From: a virus
Taxonomy: Duplodnaviria; Heunggongvirae; Uroviricota; Caudoviricetes
Length of the DNA stretch: 16,670 bases
Reading direction: 5' to 3' (one strand)
Virus record (IMG/VR): IMGVR_UViG_3300024270_000052
A program made the position numbers and the translations under genes. This document shows positions 1 through 7,582 of this stretch, one piece after another. Each line of letters begins with the position of its first letter. Within the stretch, counting starts at the first letter, position 1. Below the pieces are notes generated by a model. That model worked only from the letters and a program-made list of their open reading frames with translations. It did no database searches and was not told where the DNA came from.

Positions 1-1
1 T

Positions 2-352
2 GTATTAACTACTTTTTTTGTAAAATGGGTTAATTCCAAAAGCGCAGAAATCTCAAATAAAATTGATGATGAAACATTAAATAAATATTTAAATATGCTT
101 ACTGAAACAATTAATACTTGCGTTTTAGCAACCAATTAGACATATGTTGAAAGTTTAAAACAACAAGGAAAGTTTGATGCGGAAGCGCAGAAAGAAGCAT
201 TTAATTTAACTTGTTCAGCAGTAATGGATATTTTAAGTGAGGACGCAAAAGAATATTTAACTTCTGCTATTGGAGATTTACAAATTTATATTACAAAGAA
301 AATTGAAGCTGAAGTACATACAAATAAAGTTACACCTTGTGTAAATCAATAA
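2..352 (+). CDS. 3' part of a phage protein, putative holin-like (5' end outside window); one TAG=Gln at 137-139
   Basis: Frame 2 reads VLTTFFVKWVNSK...CVLATN(TAG)TYVESLKQQGKFDAEAQKEAF...VNQ-TAA(350-352), open apart from one TAG. From recall, it resembles phage proteins with a TNQTYV.SLK.QGKF motif often labelled holin; the function is uncertain. Confidence 0.6.
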
Positions 353-361
353 AATAAATAT

Positions 362-395
362 AGGGGAACCTTTAGTATAATCTAAAGGTTCCCCT
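362..395. terminator. Bidirectional intrinsic terminator between convergent genes
   Basis: Perfect 14-bp stem AGGGGAACCTTTAG (362-375) / CTAAAGGTTCCCCT (382-395), 6-nt loop, A-rich on the left and T-rich on the right, between stops at 352 (+) and 410 (-). Confidence 0.85.
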
Positions 396-409
396 TATTT
401 TTGTTTATA

Positions 410-1114
410 TTAAATTCTATTATAAGTAAGCCAACGTTCACGAATTAAATCATGAGATTTTTTGGGAAAATATAATACTTCATCATTTTCAAAAGTTAAA
501 TGGTCAGTATCAATAATCTTAATTTCACTTAAATTAATCAATAAACTTGGTGCTAAAAATAAAAATTGCGGATGTTGGTTCAATGGAGTTATTGCTTTTT
601 CAAAAGATGAGCGCAATGACTAACCATCAAACATTGTTCCATTTTTTAAATGATAACATAAACAACGTTTTACAATGTTAATATAATTAACTTGACTTGA
701 GCGTATTCTTCTTTCACCTTCCGCAGTTTTAATTACCAAACTATCTTCTCTTATCTCTTTTTTAATTATATTAAATAATTCAAACAATTCTTCTTTTTCT
801 ATTGGTTTTAAAAAATAATGATCTGCATGCACTTTATAAGCAGGATAAGCGAGAGAAGGATCTTCTCCAATAAAAATAAAATAACTATTTGGGTCTATTT
901 TATCCATGCGATGACTTAACTCATATAGATTTTCTGATGAATCAGTGTCCATAATATAAACATCAAAACTTGCAGGAACAACAAGTAAATCTTCTGATTT
1001 ATCAAAAATTGATACTTTTGCCACAGACTTAGATTCTATTAAATATTCTTGAATCATCTCACGCAATTCATTTAAATATGTTTTGTTGTCATCATAAATA
1101 GCAATAGAGAGCAT
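410..1114 (-). CDS. LytTR-family response regulator (receiver + LytTR domain), 234 aa; TAG=Gln at 620-622
   Basis: Track ORFs 620-1114 and 410-616 are in one frame, separated only by a TAG: ...KNGTMFDG-Q-SLRSSFEKAI... The receiver has IAIYDD, YIMD and YFLKP; the C-terminal half has a LytTR-like layout. SD AAAGGAGG upstream; ends in TAA. Confidence 0.85.
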
Positions 1115-1149
1115 ATTTAAACTCCTCCTTTAAAATTTTTTACAATATT

Positions 1150-1178
1150 ATTATAACATAAATTTGTGAGAAAATCAA
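1150..1178 (-). promoter_or_regulatory. sigmaA/sigma70-type promoter for the LytTR gene
   Basis: Minus strand reads TTGATT-17 bp-TATAAT with an extended -10 TG (TGTTATAAT), about 35 nt upstream of the ATG at 1114. Confidence 0.75.
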
Positions 1179-1426
1179 ATTTTTTTGTGTAAAAAGTGTA
1201 AAAAATTTTAATTTTTGAGTATTTGATTTTTAAATTTACTTTTTGACATTCGGATTTTAAAAATAAAATTGTAATTTTGAAAAATTGAATAAAAATTGTA
1301 AGGATGAAAAATCAGACAAAAAATGTGTGAGTGTTTCTTGTTTAAAAATCTGAAACAATTTTTATATAGTAATGGAAGGGTAAGAGAAAAATAAAAAAAA
1401 TGAATAAATACCTTGGAGGTGAATAT

Positions 1427-1903
1427 ATGAATTATCAATATAATCAGTAGCAGGTGAGTCCACCGCAGAATTAGACGACTCAGCAGTATTCTTACCAACG
1501 ACAAGTTCCTTATACTTCTGGAACTTGGAATGCGAGAGTCAGACCGGTTTCTTCAATTGAAGAAGTAAGAGCATCTTCAATTGATTTTGATGGCTCAATT
1601 TTTTATTTCCCAGATGTTGCTAATAAAAAAATCTATACTAAATTTATTAATTTAGATGGCTCTGTGGCAATTAATGTATATGAGTTAAAAGAAATGCCAA
1701 CAGGTTAGGCAGCAGATTCATCTTACATTACAAGAGAAGAATTTGAAAACGTAATTATGTAGTTAAAAATGATGTATAATAATTCTTCTGCGCCTTCTAC
1801 TCCAATAGAAGAATAGCAATAGGTATAGTAGTAGATGAATAGTAATTAGTTTGCGGCACCACCCGCACAATAGCAACATAATGTTTCGCCATTACAATTT
1901 TAA
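1427..1903 (+). CDS. Cassette gene 1: Gln/Asn/Pro-rich termini with a central globular region, 158 aa; 11 TAG=Gln codons (absent from the ORF track)
   Basis: SD GGAGGTGA 1415-1422, ATG 1427, TAA 1901-1903. Reads MNYQYNQQQVSPPQNQ...RVRPVSSIEEVRASSIDFDGSIFYFPDVANKKIYTKFINLDGS...YITREEF...EEQQQVQQQM. TAGs at 1448, 1472, 1706, 1760, 1814, 1820, 1826, 1829, 1832, 1847 and 1871, mostly within Gln runs alongside CAA/CAG. Confidence 0.85.
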
Positions 1904-1916
1904 GGAGGTATGAAGA

Positions 1917-2162
1917 ATGGCACAAGTTGATCCGAGACAATTAATAGCTATGATTAGAAATGGTCAAAATCCTCAACAACTTATGTTAAGTGTTTTAGAG
2001 ACGATGCAAGATACTCCTTTTGGAGCCAATTTATTGAATCTCGCTCGCAATGGTTAGACTGCGGAGATTGAAAAAATTGCTCGGAATATCACATCTCAAA
2101 GAGGTATGGATTATGATAAAGAGTTTAATGCCTTTAAACAATAGTTTTTTGGCTTTAAATAA
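1917..2162 (+). CDS. Cassette gene 2: small helical hypothetical protein, 81 aa; TAG=Gln at 2055 and 2142
   Basis: SD AAGGAGG 1902-1908, ATG 1917, TAA 2160-2162. Reads MAQVDPRQLIAMIRNGQNPQQLML...NGQTAEIEKIARNITSQRGMDYDKEFNAFKQQFFGFK. Confidence 0.85.
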
Positions 2163-2199
2163 ATAAAATATTTTTTTTAATTAAAGGAGGGTTTCTTTT

Positions 2200-2994
2200 A
2201 TGTTTAATTCTAATGGTTACAGTTTGGCAGATATCGTTGCCGCAACAGGTGGCGGTAGAGAGAATTGCGGCGGCTTCGGCGGCTGGGGCGGAGATGGATG
2301 GTGGATTATCCTCTTATTCTTGCTCTGGGGTAACAACGGCTGGGGCGGCAATCAAGGTGGACGTGGAACAGTTCGTGAAGAAATTGCTTATGGTTTTGAT
2401 ATGAACGGTTTAGAAAATAGCGTCCGTGGTGTTCAGCAAGGTATTTGTGATGGTTTCTATGCCATGAATACTGGTATGTTAAATGGATTTAGTAACATTC
2501 AAAATACTCTATGTCAAGGTTTCTCTGGTATCAATCAAGGTACAGCTCAGTAGACATTTGATTTATCTACTCAGTTACATGGTATGGCAGCTGATAATGC
2601 GGCTTGTTGCTGCGAAACTCAGCGCGCTATTGAAAGAGGATTTGCTGAAACCAACTATAACATGGCAACTCAAGCTTGCGATACTCGTAGAGCAATTGCT
2701 GATAGCACTCGTGATATTATTGACAGTAATAACGCAGGTGTTCGTTCTATTTTAGATTTCTTAACTCAGGATAAGATTGCTACTCTTACCGCAGAAAATC
2801 AGAGTCTAAAATTCGCAGCTTCTCAGGCAGCTCAGAACGCTTTCATTGCAGCTAATCAGGAAGCTCAAACCGCAGAACTTATTCGCAGACTTGATACCCC
2901 ATGTCCTATTCCCGCTTATGTAGTTCCTAATCCTAATTGTTGCTATCCATCTTATGGATATGGGTATGGCAACACTGGATGCTGCGGTGGTTAA
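2200..2994 (+). CDS. Cassette gene 3: Gly-rich/hydrophobic N-terminus, helical core, Cys/Tyr/Gly-rich C-terminus, 264 aa; TAG=Gln at 2551-2553
   Basis: Track ORFs 2200-2553 and 2584-2994 share a frame and join as GTAQ-Q-TFDLSTQLHGMAADNAACCCETQRAI. SD AAAGGAGG upstream; ends in TAA. Confidence 0.85.
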
Positions 2995-3019
2995 TTAACA
3001 AAGGAGGTAAAAAATCTGT

Positions 3020-3439
3020 ATGGAAATTATTGCTAATGCTTTATAGACAGTTCCAGCAAATCAGACTGTTTATTTCACAGATACCGCCGTATGCGGTGGC
3101 CCATCTATGACTCATAGAGCTGGTAGTGGTTTAATTACTCTTAGAGGAATTACTAATCAATGTAGAGCAAGATTCCGCATCACTTTTGGAGCAAATATTG
3201 CTGTTCCAACAGGAGAAACAGTTGGACCAATTTCATTGGCTATTGCGATAGAGGGTGAACCTCTTCAAGCTACTACAATGATTGAAACACCAGCGGCTGT
3301 TGAAGAGTTCTCAAATGTTTCAAGAACTACCTTTATTGATGTTCCTCGTGGATGTTGTGTAAGTGTAAGTGTAAGAAATGTAAGTGATATTCCAGTAAAT
3401 GTACAAAACGCAAACTTAATTGTTGAACGTGTTGCTTAA
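3020..3439 (+). CDS. Cassette gene 4: predicted all-beta protein (possibly BclA-CTD/C1q-like jelly roll), 139 aa; TAG=Gln at 3044-3046
   Basis: SD AAGGAGG at 3001, ATG 3020, in frame with track ORF 3107-3439: MEIIANAL-Q-TVPANQTVYFTDTAVCGG... Alternating hydrophobic beta-strand pattern; the fold assignment is an inference. Confidence 0.8.
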
Positions 3440-3457
3440 TGAAAGGAGGTCTTATAA

Positions 3458-4105
3458 ATGGAGAAAAGATTAGAACATATGAAAGAATCTTTAATGGCTT
3501 GCGTTGAAAGTCAATTAACTCATTTAGATACAGTTGATACTAAAGAATTAGGTGAAGCCATTGATATGATTAAAGACCTTGAAGAAGCAATCTATTATTG
3601 TACTATTACAAAAGCAATGAAGGAACAGGATAAAGGAGAAAAAGAATCTCATAAATATTATCCAGTAATGTATAATAGAGATATGGATAGAGATATGGGA
3701 AAAATGTATTATGAAAACCCAAATTATATGGGTGGTAATGATACAAAACGTCAATATTCATCTGGAAATGGAGGAGGCAACTCCTCCTCCATGAGTAATT
3801 CTTCTGGAAGCGGAGGAGGTAATTCATCCTCTGGAAATACTGGTTCAAAACAATATAGTGAAACAGAATATAATTTAATGCGCGACCAGCGTGAAGGACG
3901 TAGTCCTCAGTCGCGCCGCATGTATATGGAATCAAAAGAAATGCATTCAGATAAAGCAACTCAAATGCGTGAATTAGAAACTTATATGCAAGAGTTAACT
4001 CAAGATGTAGTTGAAATGGTTGAAGGTGCAACTGTTGAAGAAAAGCAGTATTTAAGTAAACGAGTAGCAGCTCTTGCAAACAAATTGGCTCAATTAAATG
4101 ATTAA
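3458..4105 (+). CDS. Cassette gene 5: helical N- and C-terminal regions with a Gly/Ser/Asn low-complexity linker, 215 aa; no TAG
   Basis: Track ORF with SD AAAGGAGG. Linker SSGNGGGNSSSMSNSSGSGGGNSSSGNTGS. Stop TAA 4103-4105 overlaps the next gene. Confidence 0.85.
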   Translation: MEKRLEHMKESLMACVESQLTHLDTVDTKELGEAIDMIKDLEEAIYYCTITKAMKEQDKGEKESHKYYPVMYNRDMDRDMGKMYYENPNYMGGNDTKRQYSSGNGGGNSSSMSNSSGSGGGNSSSGNTGSKQYSETEYNLMRDQREGRSPQSRRMYMESKEMHSDKATQMRELETYMQELTQDVVEMVEGATVEEKQYLSKRVAALANKLAQLND

Positions 4106-4442
4106 CATTAATGGTGAACAATGGAGAGTGTTTTTAACCTCTCCATTTCACCCTGCTTTAAAACGCAGTGATGGTGCTTATACTCTAGGATGCTGTGATG
4201 ATGTAACAAAAACAATTTATATAAGTAATGATGTAAGTGATAAATATTTAAAAAAAGTTTTATGCCACGAACTCACTCACGCCGCAATGTTTAGCTACAA
4301 CGTAGATTTGACTTATGAGCAAGAGGAAGTTCTCGCTGATATTATAGCAACATATGGATAGGAAATTATTCATATGGCAAATCTTCTCTTTAAGAGGTTA
4401 AAAGATGAAAGAGAAGAAGAAAGAAAAAATGGGAGTATCTAA
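4098..4442 (+). CDS. Cassette gene 6: small HEXXH zinc metallopeptidase-like protein (ImmA/IrrE-like), 114 aa; TAG=Gln at 4359-4361
   Basis: Motif VLCHELTHAAMF followed by EEVLAD. After the TAG the frame continues YG-Q-EIIHMANLLFKRLKDE... to TAA 4440-4442 inside the terminator hairpin. Start overlaps the end of gene 5. Confidence 0.75.
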
Positions 4443-4465
4443 TAATTTAGATACTCCCATTTTTT
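4424..4465. terminator. Bidirectional intrinsic terminator
   Basis: AAAAAATGGGAGTATCTAA (4424-4442), loop TAAT, TTAGATACTCCCATTTTTT (4447-4465), between convergent stops at 4442 (+) and 4469 (-). Confidence 0.9.
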
Positions 4466-4468
4466 TTG

Positions 4469-4906
4469 TTATATATTACAATCTCGTACTTCTAACTTCA
4501 TCGCACTTTCATAATAATTTTTAGCTTGACCATTGCCGCCCAAAGAAGTATATAATTTATAAAATTCAGTTAATTGGTCATACTAGTCGGGAGTCATAAA
4601 TCCTTGTCTAATAAATCCTTTGCATAATTGAACTAAACGGAAACGATAAGAAGAAATAATTAAATTCATGTGATTCTTTTCTACTTGACCCACATTATAG
4701 ATATAAGACCTTAATTCTTCAAGCTCCTATTGAATTGGTTCAATTTTACTGTCAATTGTTTCATTCAATTTGTCAGTCTCTTGGTCTGCTAAAAGCTTTT
4801 TATAATTTTTCATTTGACTATGCATATATTTACAAAAAGCTAAAGCACCAGCAGAAATTAAACCAAAAATAATTTCAATGAAATGTTCAGTTAAAAAAGC
4901 TAACAT
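4469..4906 (-). CDS. Phage membrane-anchored protein with an LGGNG motif (possibly holin-like/lysis-associated), 145 aa; TAG=Gln at 4727-4729 and 4583-4585 (absent from the ORF track)
   Basis: SD AAAGGGG, ATG 4906, TAA 4469-4471. Reads MLAFLTEHFIEIIFGLISAGALAFCKY (TM-like)...IEPIQ-Q-ELEEL...GFMTPD-Q-YDQLTEFYKLYTSLGGNGQAKNYY. The holin role is tentative. Confidence 0.7.
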
Positions 4907-4912
4907 TATAAC

Positions 4913-4969
4913 AAATCCCCTTTCTTAAAATTTTTTCTCACACTATATCAATTTTAAGTAAGGGGATTT
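4913..4969 (-). promoter_or_regulatory. RBS-sequestering hairpin with a candidate extended -10 promoter in its loop
   Basis: 20-bp inverted repeat with one mismatch (4913-4932 / 4950-4969). On the minus-strand RNA the 3' arm contains the SD of the 4906 gene. The loop region reads TGATATAGT (4942-4950) on the minus strand. Confidence 0.65.
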
Positions 4970-4972
4970 TAT

Positions 4973-5464
4973 TTATTCAGACCAATCAAATGATTTTGCC
5001 TAAGAGTTTAGATACCAGTGACCAATACATATTGCGTCACTTTCATCTTCTGTAGCTTGTTTATTATAAAGCGTTTTTATTAATAACTAAGCTTCTTTTT
5101 TCTACTCTGGACGAGTTCTACTTTTTATACCGATTTTACTTTTCCATACTGTAGCTAATACAGCTTCAACTGGTATATCTAATTCTACAATCAATTCATA
5201 AATAACACCAAATACTTCTGCTAATGTTTTAAAGGTTTGAACATTTCCTGTTACATTAGATTGAAGTTGTATATCTTCCATTATAACTTTATTAATAGAA
5301 TAAGTATCAATTAATTGATGAACATTTTTTCTAATATTAAGCAATCTATCTCCTAAATCGGATTGATTACAAGTAAAATGTCCATAATCAATTAATTGAT
5401 TATCTTCAAATATAGCATATCCAGTTATTTTAGAAGACTAATCTAAAGATAAGATTCTGCTCAT
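4973..5464 (-). CDS. ruvC: RuvC-like Holliday junction resolvase, 163 aa; TAG=Gln at 5438, 5102, 5087 and 5000
   Basis: Reads MSRILSLD-Q-SSKITGYAIF...VIMEDIQ...VWKSKIGIK...TEDESDAICIGHW, the RNase H-fold D/E/D catalytic pattern. The ATG overlaps the TGA of dut (ATGA); ends in TAA 4973-4975. Confidence 0.85.
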
Positions 5465-6156
5465 ACTGATTCAAAAACATCTGCTTTTAATCCAAGAGAA
5501 TTAAAAACATCAAGTAATTTTTCATCAATTTTAATTTCGTTATTTAAATTAATTGATTGTAAAGAAGTAGAACCAAATCCGCCTGTTCGTAAGCCAATAG
5601 CTACATCATCTTCAATGGTATAATAAGGTTTAATAATTCCTTGACCAATAATATCTCCTCGTTTTAATTGAATATCAAATGGAGATAAATTAATTAATTG
5701 AAAGAAAATTTCACCTTCATTATCAGGATTATTATAATAATCAGCGTCAATAATACCAACTCCATTAGCAAGAATAAGCCAATATTTTAAAGGAGTAGAA
5801 GACCGCACGCTTAATTCAAGATAAGTATTTGGAAGTAATTCACATTTCATTCCAGTAGAAACTAAAGAAGGTTTAATTTTTGATGCTTTAGTAACAGCGG
5901 CAACATCTTCAAGAGTATAAGGTTTACTCATCTTTTGCGCAAGCTCATATTCAGCCTTCTTCTTTTCTTCTGAGTCAATTACATTCTAATGTAATTGGAA
6001 TAGTTCATATCTACCAAGCCAATTCAATTCTTCAGAACAAGATGGAATTATAATATCTTCAGCTACAACAAAATCATATCCAGCGCTCTGTTCTGTTTTT
6101 CTAATTGGTAAAGGTAAATCAATATCATTAAATCTACTTACTTTTTCAAATTTCAT
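5461..6156 (-). CDS. dut: Trimeric dUTPase, 231 aa, with an insertion between motifs I and II; TAG=Gln at 5986-5988
   Basis: True start at 6156 (MKFEKVS...RKTEQSAGYDF, motif I), in frame with track ORF 5461-5931. Motifs RSS, GIIDADYY, GDIIGQGI and RTGGFGSTS are present. TAATG coupling with the upstream gene; ends in TGA. Confidence 0.9.
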
Positions 6157-6401
6157 TATTCTACCTCATAATTAATATTAACAAAACTTATCGGGTCTTT
6201 TTCATCATTGAAATGTTTGTTTAAAGTAACTTTATACCAACTATCAATAACTGCACCTTTAGATTTTCTTTCTTTAAATTCACTAGAATATTTTGCTAAT
6301 GAAAATTCAGTAGCATTCTTAGCTTCATCAATAATTTCTTTTACTTCATTTTCATTATCTACTCTATATACTTCAATTGTACTTACAAGATATTTTGACA
6401 T
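6156..6401 (-). CDS. Hypothetical protein, 81 aa
   Basis: Track ORF with SD GAGG; its stop overlaps the dut start (TAATG). Confidence 0.75.
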   Translation of the reverse strand: MSKYLVSTIEVYRVDNENEVKEIIDEAKNATEFSLAKYSSEFKERKSKGAVIDSWYKVTLNKHFNDEKDPISFVNINYEVE

Positions 6402-6402
6402 T

Positions 6403-6663
6403 TTAATTTACCTCAATATTAATTTTTTTAGTATTATAATTTTTTACATTATACATTTGAATATCTTCAATAAAACCTTCAAGATATCCTTCATTACCAT
6501 ATAGGTGAATATTGTATATATCATATGTATAACAACTACTAACAATTACTTCTGCTAAATTATCAATAGTTGTTGAAGCTATTTCTCGCTTACCATTATC
6601 ATCATAAATAAATATATACTAATCAGTATTAAATAAATTAACTGAACTAACAATATAACTCAT
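6403..6663 (-). CDS. Hypothetical protein, 86 aa; TAG=Gln at 6619-6621 (absent from the ORF track)
   Basis: ATG 6663 follows the TAA of the upstream gene, with SD GGAGG. Reads MSYIVSSVNLFNTD-Q-YIFIYDDNGK...INIEVN-TAA(6403-6405). Exactly fills the gap between its neighbours. Confidence 0.75.
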
Positions 6664-6664
6664 T

Positions 6665-7063
6665 TTATCCTCCATATGAAACCATTAAACCTTCACAATC
6701 AAATAAGCACATACATAAATTTTCATCTTCATTTGTCCGCACCCAAATTTCAATTGTATCAGAAGCTTCCATATAATCAACAGTAATAATCTTACCAATA
6801 TCTAAAGCGCAAGTAAGAACTGCTTTTCCTTTATTTTCAAAATCCGATTCGTTTGCTTTTGGATAGAAAATAGTATAATAAGAAATTTCTTTACATAAAA
6901 GCATTAAATTTGAATAATTTTTCATTTTATCATTAATTAATTCAATATAAGGGTCTATATTATCTGCTATTGGAAGCTATGAAACAATAGATTTATTTAA
7001 ATCATATAGATTCATAGAAATATTTCCATAATCTTTAGATTCTTTTTTTAAATTACACTTCAT
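6665..7063 (-). CDS. Hypothetical protein, 132 aa; TAG=Gln at 6977-6979
   Basis: SD AAAAGGAG and ATG at 7063, in frame with track ORF 6665-6925 across one TAG (KSIVS-Q-LPIADN). Confidence 0.75.
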
Positions 7064-7093
7064 TATTTATCTCCTTTTTTATTTTATATAATA

Positions 7094-7122
7094 ATTATAT
7101 CATATTTTTTTATTTTTGTCAA
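7094..7122 (-). promoter_or_regulatory. Consensus sigmaA promoter overlapping the 3' end of nrdG
   Basis: TTGACA (7117-7122)-17 bp-TATAAT (7094-7099), with an extended -10 TG. Confidence 0.85.
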
Positions 7123-7582
7123 GATAAATAATACGTTGATTGCGGCTTCCTCTCATAGGAAGTGTAATGTCTCTTTCAGCTTCAATATAAGGTCCATCAA
7201 TTAAACAAGTAATTAATTCTAAAATTTCTTTTATATTTGGATTATGAGGTAAATCATCGTAAGTATACCCTGTCCATAAATAAATTTCTGTATCTGGTAA
7301 TTTTTCTTTAACAGTTTTTATTACCAATAAAGTCAAAAAAGTATTTTCAGGACATAAAGGTTCTCCACCCAAAATACTTAAAGAACGCTTAATACCATTA
7401 GCTTGAAGAGCTTCAATTATTTCATTAATTACATCAGTAGTAAATTCTAGTCCTCCGTCATAATCCCAAGTTTCGGGATTATGACAGCCAAGACAATGAT
7501 GCGGACATCCTTGAGTATAGAAAGAAACTGATACACCAGTTGCCGCAGAAAAATCATTTTTAATTAAACCTGCATATCGCAT
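7100..7582 (-). CDS. nrdG: Anaerobic ribonucleotide reductase activating enzyme (radical SAM)
   Basis: FYTQGCPHHCLGCHNPETWD (CxxxCxxC), SILGGEP, LIDGPY and RGSRNQRII; adjacent to nrdD. Confidence 0.95.
   Translation of the reverse strand: MRYAGLIKNDFSAATGVSVSFYTQGCPHHCLGCHNPETWDYDGGLEFTTDVINEIIEALQANGIKRSLSILGGEPLCPENTFLTLLVIKTVKEKLPDTEIYLWTGYTYDDLPHNPNIKEILELITCLIDGPYIEAERDITLPMRGSRNQRIIYLDKNKKI

Noticed and set aside
376-381. TATAAT forming the loop of the 362-395 terminator
   Set aside because: No -35 or TG extension, and it would point antisense into the LytTR gene; likely chance in AT-rich DNA.
1243-1301. TTGACA at 1243-1248 and AAAATTG repeats (1265, 1281, 1292) as the cassette promoter or LytTR sites
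   Set aside because: No -10 at 16-18 bp from the TTGACA, and the repeat spacing (16 and 11 bp) does not fit the roughly 21-bp period of LytTR sites.
1208-1504. Track ORF of 98 aa on the minus strand
   Set aside because: Antisense to cassette gene 1 and runs through an AT-rich intergenic region; composition is F/I/L/K-biased.
2213-2755. Track ORFs 2213-2404 and 2483-2755 (+)
   Set aside because: Alternative frames within cassette gene 3, which has the SD and a coherent sequence.
3675-3698. 12-bp tandem duplication ATAGAGATATGG x2 in cassette gene 5
   Set aside because: An in-frame coding micro-duplication (RDMDRDM); not a CRISPR or regulatory repeat.
3548-4121. Track ORFs 3548-3754 and 3606-4121 (-)
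   Set aside because: Antisense shadows of cassette gene 5.
2-7063. Pseudogene decay or sequencing errors as the cause of the broken ORFs
   Set aside because: All interruptions are TAG, never TAA, TGA or frameshifts. They fall at Gln-compatible positions, and SDs and gene couplings are intact.
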